The notes under the pieces are model-generated. The model worked only from the letters and a program-made list of their open reading frames with translations. It made no database searches and was not told the origin of the DNA. Shown piece after piece: positions 10,016 to 19,356 of a stretch of 64,000 bases of DNA. The stretch comes from Bryobacteraceae bacterium (GTDB lineage: Bacteria; Acidobacteriota; Terriglobia; Bryobacterales; Bryobacteraceae): assembly GCA_035475295.1 (NCBI GenBank), contig DATIMM010000117.1, positions 4,869 to 68,868 on the forward strand. The letters run 5' to 3'. Made by a program: the position numbers and the translations under genes. The first letter of the stretch is position 1, and each line of letters opens with the position of its first letter.

Positions 10016-10231
10016 TTAAGAAGTCTTGGGCCGTGTAGATCGATCGCCTTCGGCCGCATGCAGCCAGGCTCTCTCGCGGTAGATATTTTCTTCCAAACTG
10101 GCCGGTAGGTAAAAGCGCGCCCGGCACTCCAGGCACCTGTAAGGTTTCATTCTGGCTAGCCCCATCACGAAATCCGTCAGCCTTCTGTGTTTCGAACGCC
10201 TCAAATCGATCGAGTGGCACTGCGGACACAT
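10016..10231 (-). CDS. Small zinc-ribbon protein (hypothetical).
   Basis: 71 aa with CPQC ... CLEC four-Cys spacing. It sits directly upstream of ilvE on the same strand. No other support. Confidence 0.4.
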   Translation of the reverse strand: MCPQCHSIDLRRSKHRRLTDFVMGLARMKPYRCLECRARFYLPASLEENIYRERAWLHAAEGDRSTRPKTS

Positions 10232-10456
10232 GAGCTAGAGTTCCCTCCCGGCAAAGACCGTTTGCCTGATGTCTTTCATTGTATTAAGGTACTGTTAACC
10301 CTCGCAATAGTCCCGCCGGGCGGAAGATATATCGAGCCAGGAAGCGGAATCGCACCTGCCCCGCCTTCTCCTTCTGCTGGGTTATCGCCGGATTTCGCCC
10401 GATCTCGCCGCCGATCCGCGCCGGAGACGAGGCTGACCAAATGCCATGATTGTGAA

Positions 10457-11119
10457 ATGACGCTTGTGCCCAAACACATGGCAACCGTGCTTCTCTGCTG
10501 TGCGGTGCTCACAGCCCAAACCAGAAACCCGGAGCGTAAAGTCCATGGCAACGTGATCACCTCGGAGCGCAACCCCGGAGTGCGAATCGACCTGCCGAAA
10601 TCTGTGCAGTACGTCGGCGCAGATCGCTGGGTCCTCTATGGAATGGCGGATTGTGAATTGCACGCATTCGTTGAGGCGGATGCGACAAAAGATGCGCAGC
10701 GGCTCTATTGGGTGCAGTTTGAAGGCTATCTCCCGACTCGGCCAGAACTGAAGCACAAGTACGATTCGCCGCGGATTACCAGGCTGGGGAATATGGACTT
10801 TTACGTGGATACCTGGGTCGGTCCGAAAAGCGCGCCCACTCGATCGGGATCAGATCTCGAACACATCGAAGCATTGATTCAGGCGAAAGGATATAAGCTG
10901 CCTGCAGGAATGATGTCGGTGCGTTTCGTGCATCTTCTGGATGAACAAAAGCGGAAGGAGCTGATGATTATTTACAGTGAGGACGTAGCGTCCACTGGAT
11001 TCACCGCAGCCGAATTACGTCCGGGCGGCAGAGCGCACGATCAATGGTACGCAATTGAAACCGGCCTGATCGAAAGAGCCGAAAAGAAGCTGGCGATCGA
11101 AACGTTAACCGGCCGGTAA
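10457..11119 (+). CDS. Secreted hypothetical protein.
   Basis: The track ORF 10187-11119 has an implausible low-complexity N-terminus. In-frame ATGs at 10457 and 10478 give MTLVPKHMATVLLCCAVLTAQT, which looks like a signal peptide. Confidence 0.55.
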   Translation: MTLVPKHMATVLLCCAVLTAQTRNPERKVHGNVITSERNPGVRIDLPKSVQYVGADRWVLYGMADCELHAFVEADATKDAQRLYWVQFEGYLPTRPELKHKYDSPRITRLGNMDFYVDTWVGPKSAPTRSGSDLEHIEALIQAKGYKLPAGMMSVRFVHLLDEQKRKELMIIYSEDVASTGFTAAELRPGGRAHDQWYAIETGLIERAEKKLAIETLTGR

Positions 11120-11157
11120 TCGAGAACCAAGCCGCTGTTCGCTTCAATACCTGAACG

Positions 11158-11916
11158 TCAATCCCCGGCCTTCACCAGATACGCCGAAAGCACTTGCTGC
11201 AGCAGTGGCTCGCGGGGATAAGGATGAGTCCGATACTGTCGGAAGCCTTCTCCCAAAGCAATCCCTGCTCTGGTTCCACAGGCTCTTGTCCAGTCTTCCA
11301 TCTGCGCCATGTAATCGTCCATCCCGTGCTGCTGCTGAAGCCACAGCCGCTGACTTCGGTGCCTGGCGAGCATCGTTTTCTTCGTCTCAAACGCGGATGC
11401 GACGTCCACGGTAAAATCCGGAACCGTCAGATTGCCGCTTCGGTCTCGCTGGTCGATCGGGTCCATGAAGTACAGGTGCGGAATGGCTCGCAGAGCCGGG
11501 CTTTCCGTCGGTGTCGAGTAGTTCGGAATAGACGCCGCGAAACAGGCATCACGGACAAGCTGGCTGGTGGCTTCGTGGTCGGACAGGTAATCGCTCGGCG
11601 CCGCCGTAAGAACAATCTCGGCGCACAGTTCCCGCACTAGCCCCGTTACCGCGCGACGCGACGGGTCGTCGCTGAAGATCGCCAGATCCCGAAAGCCACC
11701 CCAGCGGTATGCGGCACCGATCAGCGCCGCGGATTCGGCTGCCTCGCCCCTCCGTATGGCAGAAATCTCGTCCGGGCCATGAGCCGTCGAGCCGCAATCG
11801 CCTGCGCTCAGGCTCACGATGACAAGTTCGTGCCCCAGCCCGGACAACAGCGCCAGTGTGCCTCCCGCAAGAATCTCCGCGTCATCCGGATGCGCGTGGA
11901 TACTGACGATTCGCAT
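11158..11916 (-). CDS. PIG-L/LmbE-family N-acetylglucosaminyl deacetylase.
   Basis: An internal ATG at 11916 gives MRIVSIHAHPDDAEILAGGTLA... (PIG-L signature HPDDxE). The ATG overlaps the TGA of the upstream SDR gene (TGATG), which indicates translational coupling. Confidence 0.8.
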   Translation of the reverse strand: MRIVSIHAHPDDAEILAGGTLALLSGLGHELVIVSLSAGDCGSTAHGPDEISAIRRGEAAESAALIGAAYRWGGFRDLAIFSDDPSRRAVTGLVRELCAEIVLTAAPSDYLSDHEATSQLVRDACFAASIPNYSTPTESPALRAIPHLYFMDPIDQRDRSGNLTVPDFTVDVASAFETKKTMLARHRSQRLWLQQQHGMDDYMAQMEDWTRACGTRAGIALGEGFRQYRTHPYPREPLLQQVLSAYLVKAGD

Positions 11917-12743
11917 CAAGCGTCTCTGATCCAGCGGTCCCCGTCGAAACGGTCGGCCTCTTTTCCCCAGGTGCCGAACTTGGAGGCCATTTGTCCGCCG
12001 TCTACCACCAGCGTCGTCCCCGTAATATACGACGCCAGGTCCGAGGCGAGAAACATCACAGCCTGCGCGACCTCTTCTGGTTCGCCGCCCCGTCCAAGGG
12101 CGATGTGCTTGAAGTAATCGGAAATCAAGCTTGGATTCGAAAAACTGGCCGCCGTCAGTCGTGTCCTGATCAGGCCAGGACACACCGCGTTGATACGAAT
12201 TCCATAAGGACCCAACTCATTCGCGGCAGTGTGGAGAATTCCCAGCAGGCCCGCCTTGCTCGCATTATAGGCAACCAGATCCGCTTCACCGTCGAAGGAG
12301 TTTGTGGAAGCCGTTAAGACAATAGAACCCCGACGTGCTTGCTTCATTCGCTCCGCCGCGACTTGCACGGTCTGAAACGCGCCGCTCAGGTTGATAGCCA
12401 GCGTTCGATTCCAAAGATCCGCCGTCGTCTCCGTTACGGAGGCGTGCCGGGCGATCCCAGCATTCACCACCACGACGTCTGGGACCCCCGTCTGGTCGAA
12501 ACCACACTCCAAAGTTGAGCGATCCGTCACATCGGTGATCCACGCCTGCGCCCCTATCGGCCGAGCTGCTTCAGCAGGGTTCTCGGACGGCAAATCGAAT
12601 ACCCAAACCGACCCGCCCGCAGCCGCGATGTTTCTGGAAATGGCCAGCCCAATCCCGTTTGCGCCTCCGGTCACCACCACCTTCTTGCTGTGGAACGTCA
12701 TGGTCCAAATTGTACCCAGGGGCAGTCCGTTGCGATCGGACAA
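11916..12743 (-). CDS. Short-chain dehydrogenase/reductase (SDR).
   Basis: VVVTGGANGIGLA (TGxxxGxG), NAG and YNASKAG (YxxxK) motifs. The likely true start is MTFHSKK at 12701. Confidence 0.85.
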   Translation of the reverse strand: MSDRNGLPLGTIWTMTFHSKKVVVTGGANGIGLAISRNIAAAGGSVWVFDLPSENPAEAARPIGAQAWITDVTDRSTLECGFDQTGVPDVVVVNAGIARHASVTETTADLWNRTLAINLSGAFQTVQVAAERMKQARRGSIVLTASTNSFDGEADLVAYNASKAGLLGILHTAANELGPYGIRINAVCPGLIRTRLTAASFSNPSLISDYFKHIALGRGGEPEEVAQAVMFLASDLASYITGTTLVVDGGQMASKFGTWGKEADRFDGDRWIRDA

Positions 12744-12773
12744 GAGGAGCCCAGCCAGTGTCTACTCTCAGCA

Positions 12774-13457
12774 TCAGGCGTCGAGATTGATTCTCGATAG
12801 TACGCCGTCGACCACCCGGTGGCACCGGGACAAGTGAAAAGGATAAATATGGGGAGCAGCAATGCCGGCGCGACGTTCCAGCTCTTTTCGCAGGAGCGCG
12901 CGGCTGCGATGTAGTCTCGTTTTAACGGCCTCCACTCCGATCTCCAAAGCTGCCGCCGTCTCGTTCACGTCCAAACCTTCAACAACTCTCAGCACGAAGA
13001 CCGATCGATAAGCATCCGGTAGAGTATCGATCGCACGTTCCAGCACCAGCCTCAATTCGTGATCGTACGCCTGGCCCTCCGGGCTCCGTTCATCTGATCT
13101 CACCGTATTCATAAGGTTCAACTTCGCCTCTGGCTCAAGCTTCGGTCCGTTCCGCCTGGTTTGTAACCTCACCCGGCCCAGCGCCTCGTATATGGCGATC
13201 TTCGTTAGCCACGTAGAGAATTTTGCCTCGCCTGCAAACTCGCCCAGATGCTGGTAGGCCCGGACATACGCCTCCTGCATCACGTCTTCCGCTTCGGCGT
13301 CATCCCGCAAAATTGTTAGGGCAATGCGGTAAATCCGCTGATTGTAGCGGCGCATCAGGATTTCATAGAGCGCGGCATCTCCGCCCCGAATAAGCCGTAC
13401 TAGCTCTTCATCGGGGATGTGATCCCATTTCGCGAGATCAGACGACGCCGCAATCAT
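12774..13457 (-). CDS. ECF-type RNA polymerase sigma-70 factor with a roughly 35-aa C-terminal extension.
   Basis: Region 2 is RIYRIALTILRDDAEAEDVMQEAYVRAYQHLGEF...FSTWLTKIAIYEA. Region 4 is VFVLRVVEGLDVNETAAALEIGVEAVKTRLHRSR. Extra C-terminal residues follow region 4. Confidence 0.88.
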   Translation of the reverse strand: MIAASSDLAKWDHIPDEELVRLIRGGDAALYEILMRRYNQRIYRIALTILRDDAEAEDVMQEAYVRAYQHLGEFAGEAKFSTWLTKIAIYEALGRVRLQTRRNGPKLEPEAKLNLMNTVRSDERSPEGQAYDHELRLVLERAIDTLPDAYRSVFVLRVVEGLDVNETAAALEIGVEAVKTRLHRSRALLRKELERRAGIAAPHIYPFHLSRCHRVVDGVLSRINLDA

Positions 13458-13577
13458 TCGACGAGGGCGCAGCTTAGTCTCCTTTTAATAGAGTGACGAC
13501 CGGCTCCATCAGATTCCGACTATTTTTTCGTTTTTTCTGCAACGGAACGCACCTACGACACTCTGTACGTATGCAAA

Positions 13578-13596
13578 TTACGCGGGATCCGCGTAA
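13578..13596. promoter_or_regulatory. Perfect 8-3-8 palindrome in the divergent sigma/operon intergenic region. Candidate operator.
   Basis: TTACGCGG-GAT-CCGCGTAA, read directly from the sequence. It lies 78 nt upstream of the 13674 start. Confidence 0.3.
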
Positions 13597-13673
13597 ACAG
13601 TCCCAACACTGACATTAGACAACAGACTGAATGCCGGGTGGTAGGCCCTTACATTTAGTCACGGAGAAAACAA

Positions 13674-14009
13674 ATGAATATGCGAAAGTCTTTAATTTTG
13701 ATTGCGCTCTTCACGGCACCACTCGTATGCACAGCGGAGACCTGGACAAACGCTCCACTCGTAGATGCCAACTGCGCCGCCAAGGTGAAAAATACACCCG
13801 ATGTGCACACACGCAATTGCGCGCTTCAGTGCTCGAAAAGCGGCTTCGGCATTCTGACGCAGGATGGTACGTTCTTGAAGTTCGATTCCCACGGGAATCA
13901 GCAGGCTCTGTCGGAGCTGAAGAATTCCCAGGCCAACGATCATCTGCGAGTCACCGTAGCAGGCGATCGCGAGGGCGACACGATCAAAGTAAAGTCTCTC
14001 AAAATGTAA
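13674..14009 (+). CDS. Small secreted Cys-containing protein (hypothetical).
   Basis: 111 aa with a signal peptide (MNMRKSLILIALFTAPLVCTAE) and a GGAGAA RBS-like element upstream. It lies upstream of the cytochrome c gene. Confidence 0.6.
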   Translation: MNMRKSLILIALFTAPLVCTAETWTNAPLVDANCAAKVKNTPDVHTRNCALQCSKSGFGILTQDGTFLKFDSHGNQQALSELKNSQANDHLRVTVAGDREGDTIKVKSLKM

Positions 14010-14080
14010 GGTTCCATACGCTAGCGGGCCTCGCCAGCTCTTTTGGTTCGTGGCTCCAGTGTGAATGAAAGGGGAATGGA

Positions 14081-15433
14081 ATGAGGCAGGAAAGAAGCTT
14101 GTCCGTGCGCACGCTTGTCACGATCGGGGCGGGGTGCGCATTCCTATTGATCGCTTTGGGGGTCTCACCCGGCATCGCGTCGGATGACAATGACGGCCAT
14201 AAAGGGGCCGACGCTCTGGTTCGCGAGAACGTCGGCCGCCTGATCGAGGATGGGAAGCATACGTTCCGTTATGACACCTTTGGCGATGAAGCCTTCTGGG
14301 GAGACAAGCTGAAGCTTCACCTGGCAATCGCCGGTGCAAAGCAGGGCGGTGTGGGACCTGGAGTCAGTCCAGGTACCGCCTTGGCAGTTGGATTGAAAGT
14401 CGACGTCGATGCTCTCCCGGAAACGCTTAGCTCGCAATTGGCGGCAGGCAAAGTCGATCTCACCGACCCCGCCGTCACGCTTGCGCTGTTAAAGCTCAAT
14501 GCCGTTGTCGGTGTCACTGGCATTTTCGATAACACCGGACGCATCGCCTCGATGGGAATTCAGTGCGCCCTTTGTCATTCGACCGTCGACAATTCATTTG
14601 CCCAAGGCATCGGTCGCCGCCTGGACGGCTGGGCGAATCGAGATCTGAACGTCGGGGCCATCATTGCTCTTGCCCCCGACCTGTCACTACCGGCCAATCT
14701 CCTCGGCGTCGATCAACCAACCGTACGGGCGGTATTGAACACTTGGGGGCCGGGCAAATTTGACGCGGAACTCTTTTTGGATGGGAAGCCGTTCCAGCCG
14801 AGTGGTCGCTCCGCGGCCGTTCTCATCCCTCCTGCGTTCGGTCTCGCCGGTGTCAACTTGGGCACCTGGACCGGCTTCGGTTCCACAACCTACTGGAATG
14901 CCCTGGTCGCGAATCTCGAGATGCACGGTAAGGGAACCTTTTTCGATCCAAGATTGAACGACCCTGTTCAATATCCGGTGGCGGTGAAAGCCGGCTCGAA
15001 CGATGTACGTAGCGATCCGGACCTCATCACATCGAAGCTCGCCGCTCTCCATTTCTATCAGTTGGCGATACCGGCGCCGAAACCGTCCGTAGATTCCATG
15101 CAGAATCAGGCTGCCCTGCGCGGCAAAGAAGTCTTCACGAATAGGGCCCAATGCGCAAGGTGCCACGTTCCTCCTCTCTTCACAGAGCCCGGATACAACA
15201 TGCACGCGCCCGAAGAGATCGGAATCGACGACTTCCAATCCAGTCGGTCGCCGACGAAGATGTACCGCACGTCCCCTCTTAAAGGCCTCTTCACGCACGA
15301 AAAGGGCGGTTTCTATCATGATGGGCGGTTCGCTACCCTGCAGGCCGTTGTTGACCATTACGACGAGCTCTTTGGAACAGGACTAACCCAACAGGAGAAG
15401 GATGATCTGATCGCGTATCTAAGGACCCTCTGA
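14081..15433 (+). CDS. Di-haem cytochrome c (cytochrome-c-peroxidase/MauG-like) protein.
   Basis: 450 aa with a signal peptide and two CxxCH haem-binding motifs (CALCH and CARCH). Confidence 0.75.
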   Translation: MRQERSLSVRTLVTIGAGCAFLLIALGVSPGIASDDNDGHKGADALVRENVGRLIEDGKHTFRYDTFGDEAFWGDKLKLHLAIAGAKQGGVGPGVSPGTALAVGLKVDVDALPETLSSQLAAGKVDLTDPAVTLALLKLNAVVGVTGIFDNTGRIASMGIQCALCHSTVDNSFAQGIGRRLDGWANRDLNVGAIIALAPDLSLPANLLGVDQPTVRAVLNTWGPGKFDAELFLDGKPFQPSGRSAAVLIPPAFGLAGVNLGTWTGFGSTTYWNALVANLEMHGKGTFFDPRLNDPVQYPVAVKAGSNDVRSDPDLITSKLAALHFYQLAIPAPKPSVDSMQNQAALRGKEVFTNRAQCARCHVPPLFTEPGYNMHAPEEIGIDDFQSSRSPTKMYRTSPLKGLFTHEKGGFYHDGRFATLQAVVDHYDELFGTGLTQQEKDDLIAYLRTL

Positions 15434-15562
15434 TCCGGCAATTGCGAACCTACGTCGAAATTTTTTCTCTGATACGCTTTCCGGATGTCGAGAATGTGCC
15501 ATCTGCTCCGACTTACCTGTGAACGCGCAACATTCTAGCGCGAAGATAAAGGAGCAGAACGT

Positions 15563-15958
15563 ATGAAATATATCTTAATGATGAACACCATGAAGGCGGG
15601 CTCGGATGGGTTCCCCGGCTGGCCCAAGAAGGACATCCAGGCGCACATCGCCTTCATGATGGCCTTCCATCGAGAACTGAGCCAGTCCGGCGAATTGGTC
15701 TCGGCCGAGGGATTGTCCTTTCCCGATCAGGCGAAACTGGTGCGGGCTGGCGAGGATGGCATCCCGATAACCGACGGCATATTTCCAGAAGACAAAGAGT
15801 TTCTCGCTGGCTATTGGATGGTCGACGTCGATACCCCGGAACGAGCCTACGCGATCGCCGCCCGGGCATCCGCGGCTCCAGGACTGAATGGGGTGCCGAT
15901 GAACATGCCTATCGAGGTGCGGCCCGTGATGAGCGCACCTCCCGCAGAATTCCTTTGA
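15563..15958 (+). CDS. YciI/DGPF-domain (YCII-related) protein.
   Basis: 131 aa. It has the MKYILMM... start and overall pattern typical of YCII-related proteins, which are often found near ECF sigma genes. Confidence 0.7.
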   Translation: MKYILMMNTMKAGSDGFPGWPKKDIQAHIAFMMAFHRELSQSGELVSAEGLSFPDQAKLVRAGEDGIPITDGIFPEDKEFLAGYWMVDVDTPERAYAIAARASAAPGLNGVPMNMPIEVRPVMSAPPAEFL

Positions 15959-16145
15959 CGAGATCCGCGGTAATACCGTGGTTGTTGAACCTCCCCGGGC
16001 TCTGCAGCGCCAATTTGCGCTGCGGATGCCGGGTGCGGTGATCCGGCAACTTCCACGCGTTCTCGCATCTGAGTCAATTTGACGCCGGTTCCCTGCCGCA
16101 CCCTCGCGGTCCCCCAGCCCTGATCAAACTGTAAACTCAATAAGC

Positions 16146-19100
16146 ATGCGCCGTGTCCTCACCGCTTTGCAGTTGTTTCTGCTTTCCCTCTGGTGCTCTG
16201 CTTCACACGCGCAGCCTGGCCCTTACTCCTTTCCGGAACTGCAATGGCGCATGATCGGCCCTTTCCGCGCGGGCCGCACCGTCGCCATCAGCGGAGTCGT
16301 CCAGCAGCCAAATGTATTTTATATGGCGCCGAACAACGGAGGCGTTTGGAAAAGCACCGACTACGGCAATACCTGGCGTCCGATTTTCGATGGTCAGGAC
16401 ACGGGCTCTATCGGCGGGCTCGCCGTCGCGCCGTCCGATCCGAATGTCCTTTACGTCGGCAGCGGTGAAGGTCTCCAGCGCCCCGATCTCTCGGTCGGCG
16501 ATGGCATCTACAAATCCACCGACGCGGGCAAAACCTGGCAGCATCTTGGCCTGCGGGACGGCGAACAGATCGGCTCCGTCATCGTCGATCCGCATAACCC
16601 CGATCGCGTGTTTTTAGCTGTGCTCGGTCATCCTTACGGGCCGAACAAGGAGCGAGGTATCTATCGTTCCACCGACGGCGGCAAAACCTTCCAGCAGGTT
16701 CTCTACAAAGACGAAAACACCGGAGGAATCCAGGTCGCCTTCGATCCTTCAAATCCCCGGATTCTCTTCGCCAGTCTCTGGGCCGCCCGTCAGGCCCCTT
16801 GGGAAATCGGAGCCTCCTTCAACGGCCGCGGTAGCGGTCTCTTCAAGTCCACGGACGGCGGAGATCACTGGACGCCTCTGACGCAAGGCATCCCGACAAT
16901 TGCCCAAGGCCTCGGCCGCATAGGCTTTGCTATCTCCCGCACCGATCCCAAACGCATGTACGCCCTCATGGATGCAAAAGCGGAGTACGGCGGACTCTTT
17001 CGCTCCGATGATTCCGGCGAAAGCTGGCGCAAAATCAACCACGAAGGCCGTATCTGGGGCCGTGGCGGCGATTTTGCCTGCGTCGCCGTCGATCCTCAAG
17101 ACGAAAACACGATATACGTCGCCAACACCACCACGTACAAATCCACCGACGCCGGCCAAACCTTTACCGCTATCAAAGGCGCTCCCGGGGGCGACGACTA
17201 CCACACCATCTGGATCAACCCCGCGAACCCGCAAATCATCTTTCTCGGCGCTGATCAGGGCGCAACTCTCAGCGTGAACGGCGGCCAGACCTGGAGTTCC
17301 TGGTACAGCCAGCCCACCGCGCAGTTCTATCACGTCATCACCGACAACCGTTTTCCCTATTGGGTCTATGGCGGTCAACAGGAGAGTGGTTCAGCGGCGG
17401 TCGAGAGCCGCAGTGATGACGGCGAAATTACCTTCCGCGAATTCCATCCGGTGAGCGTCGAGGAGTACGGCTACGTCGCGCCAGACCCTCTCGATCCCAA
17501 TATCATCTATGGCGGAAAGGCCACTCGCTTCAACCAAACGACCGGGGACGTGCAAGACGTCGGCCCTCAGGTGTTGCCCGGAAAGTATCGTTTCGTCCGC
17601 ACCATGCCGCTCCTGTTCTCGCCCGCCGATCCGCACACGCTCTTTCTGGGCTCGAACGTTTTATTTGAAACAACCAATGGAGGTGATAGTTGGAACGTCA
17701 TCAGCCCTGACCTCACCCGCGCCACCTGGGAAATGCCCGCCACCATCAAGGCATTCGAATCGGCCGATCCTGAAGGCGGGAAGCACCGTGGCGTTATCTA
17801 TACCATCGCGCCGTCCCCCAGGGACGTAAACCTGATCTGGATCGGTACCGATGACGGACTCATTCAGGTGACTCGCGACGGCGGAAAAAACTGGCAAAAT
17901 GTCACTCCACCTGCGCTTACGCCCTGGAGCAAAGTGTCCCTCATGGTCGCCTCCGCCTTCGACACTGATACCGCCTACGCCGCCATCAATCGCTTTCGCC
18001 TCGATGATCTGCGCCCCCATATCTATCGCACCCACGACGGAGGAAAGTCCTGGCAGGAAACGGTGAACGGTCTGCCGGATCGCGCCGTGCTCAACGCTGT
18101 CCGTGAAGACCCGCAGCGCAAAGGTCTCCTCTTCGCCGCCACCGAAATCGGCGTCTTCGTTTCCTTCGATGACGGAGACCGCTGGCAGCCTCTGCAAAAC
18201 AATCTGCCCGTCACCTCTGTCCGTGATCTCGTTATTCACGACAACGATCTCGTCATCGGCACCCACGGACGCTCGTTCTGGATACTCGACGACATTACGC
18301 CCTTGCGCCAGGTCAATGACGAAATCGCCCAATCGAAAGCGCATCTATTCATGCCCGAAACCGCCGTCCGCTGGCGTTGGAACCGCAATACAGATACTCC
18401 CTTGCCGCCCGAACTCCCGGCTGGTCAAAATCCTCCGCCCGGAGCCATCCTCGACTACAGCTTGAACGGCGCGCCTGGCCCGGTCACCCTCGACATATTC
18501 GATGCCGGCAACAAACTCGTGCGCCATTACACAAGCGACGACAAGCCTGCAGTCACCGAAGCGCAATTGCGAGAAGAGCTGAACGTGCCCACCCACTGGG
18601 TTCGCCCGCACCAGACCCTTTCCGCTGCCCCGGGCGTTCACCGCTTCGTATGGGAGCTCCGCTATCCCCAGCCGAAAGCCCTTCGGCACGAATACCCCAT
18701 CTCTGCGGTTTACAGAAACACTCCCCGCAATCCTCGCGGACCGCTTGTTTTGCCCGGCCGCTACACGGTGAAACTCACCGCCGGAGGACAAACCTACTCG
18801 CAGCCTCTCACCGTCAGCATGGATCCGCGTATCGCAACGCCCGTCTCCGGCATCGAGCAGCAACTCACGCTTTCACGCCAGCTCACAGACCTCCTGGCCG
18901 ATGACTACGAAGCCGTCGCCGAGGTGCGTGGCATCCGCCAGCAACTTGATAAGCTAGAGCCCCAGGTGAATGCAAACAATCTCAAACCGGAGCTGAACCA
19001 GTTCGGAAATCACCTGAACGACTTCGGAACCACCGCCGGCCCCGAGTACGAAATCTCTGGCGATGATCACCAAACTCGTTACGACCTCGCACGCCTCAAC

Positions 19101-19352
19101 TCGCAACTCGTCCGCTTGTTGGATATCCTCCAGGGAACCGACAATGCTCCGACCACCCAAGCCGTCGCAGCCGTTGCTCAAATCGAAAAAACCGTCCATG
19201 AGGAACTAGCGGCCTGGACCAACTTCAAAACAAAGGCTCTACCCGAGCTAAACAACCGGTTGCGGAAAGCCCGGCTTCCTCTGCTCACATCGCAGCCCAG
19301 TACAGACAACTTGGAAGCCACTGACTCTGCCGACAAAGACGCCGAACCCTAG
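16146..19352 (+). CDS. Secreted BNR/Asp-box repeat beta-propeller protein (sortilin/VPS10- or GH74-like).
   Basis: 1068 aa with a signal peptide and at least 10 Asp-box motifs (S/T-x-D-x-G-x-T/S-W/F), for example KSTDYGNTW, KSTDAGKTW, RSTDGGKTF, KSTDGGDHW and RTHDGGKSW. Confidence 0.85.
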   Translation: MRRVLTALQLFLLSLWCSASHAQPGPYSFPELQWRMIGPFRAGRTVAISGVVQQPNVFYMAPNNGGVWKSTDYGNTWRPIFDGQDTGSIGGLAVAPSDPNVLYVGSGEGLQRPDLSVGDGIYKSTDAGKTWQHLGLRDGEQIGSVIVDPHNPDRVFLAVLGHPYGPNKERGIYRSTDGGKTFQQVLYKDENTGGIQVAFDPSNPRILFASLWAARQAPWEIGASFNGRGSGLFKSTDGGDHWTPLTQGIPTIAQGLGRIGFAISRTDPKRMYALMDAKAEYGGLFRSDDSGESWRKINHEGRIWGRGGDFACVAVDPQDENTIYVANTTTYKSTDAGQTFTAIKGAPGGDDYHTIWINPANPQIIFLGADQGATLSVNGGQTWSSWYSQPTAQFYHVITDNRFPYWVYGGQQESGSAAVESRSDDGEITFREFHPVSVEEYGYVAPDPLDPNIIYGGKATRFNQTTGDVQDVGPQVLPGKYRFVRTMPLLFSPADPHTLFLGSNVLFETTNGGDSWNVISPDLTRATWEMPATIKAFESADPEGGKHRGVIYTIAPSPRDVNLIWIGTDDGLIQVTRDGGKNWQNVTPPALTPWSKVSLMVASAFDTDTAYAAINRFRLDDLRPHIYRTHDGGKSWQETVNGLPDRAVLNAVREDPQRKGLLFAATEIGVFVSFDDGDRWQPLQNNLPVTSVRDLVIHDNDLVIGTHGRSFWILDDITPLRQVNDEIAQSKAHLFMPETAVRWRWNRNTDTPLPPELPAGQNPPPGAILDYSLNGAPGPVTLDIFDAGNKLVRHYTSDDKPAVTEAQLREELNVPTHWVRPHQTLSAAPGVHRFVWELRYPQPKALRHEYPISAVYRNTPRNPRGPLVLPGRYTVKLTAGGQTYSQPLTVSMDPRIATPVSGIEQQLTLSRQLTDLLADDYEAVAEVRGIRQQLDKLEPQVNANNLKPELNQFGNHLNDFGTTAGPEYEISGDDHQTRYDLARLNSQLVRLLDILQGTDNAPTTQAVAAVAQIEKTVHEELAAWTNFKTKALPELNNRLRKARLPLLTSQPSTDNLEATDSADKDAEP

Positions 19353-19356
19353 AATC

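Noticed and set aside
10187-10456. N-terminal extensions of track ORFs: 10187-10456, 11917-12183, 40694-40969, 41989-42252 and 51548-51646.
   Set aside because: These extensions overlap neighbouring genes or consist of low-complexity sequence. In-frame internal starts give clean signal peptides or canonical family N-termini (for example MRIVSIHAHPDD and MRVNTFRIALANL).
13543-13575. An ECF-type promoter guess (GGAAC ... CGT) upstream of the 13674 operon.
   Set aside because: The spacing between GGAAC and the nearest CGT (19 nt) or TCTGT-like element (11 nt after a 7-mer -35) does not fit the usual 16-17 nt. It cannot be supported without the group-specific consensus.
16749-18344. Antisense ORFs of 209 and 227 aa inside the BNR-repeat gene. 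Similar cases occur inside kdpB (52511-53207, 53630-54190), kdpA (54153-54847), the kinase genes and nagA (7861-8511).
   Set aside because: All lie opposite genes with strong motif support. All show Gly/Arg/Asp-rich shadow-frame composition, and none has an RBS or recognisable motifs.
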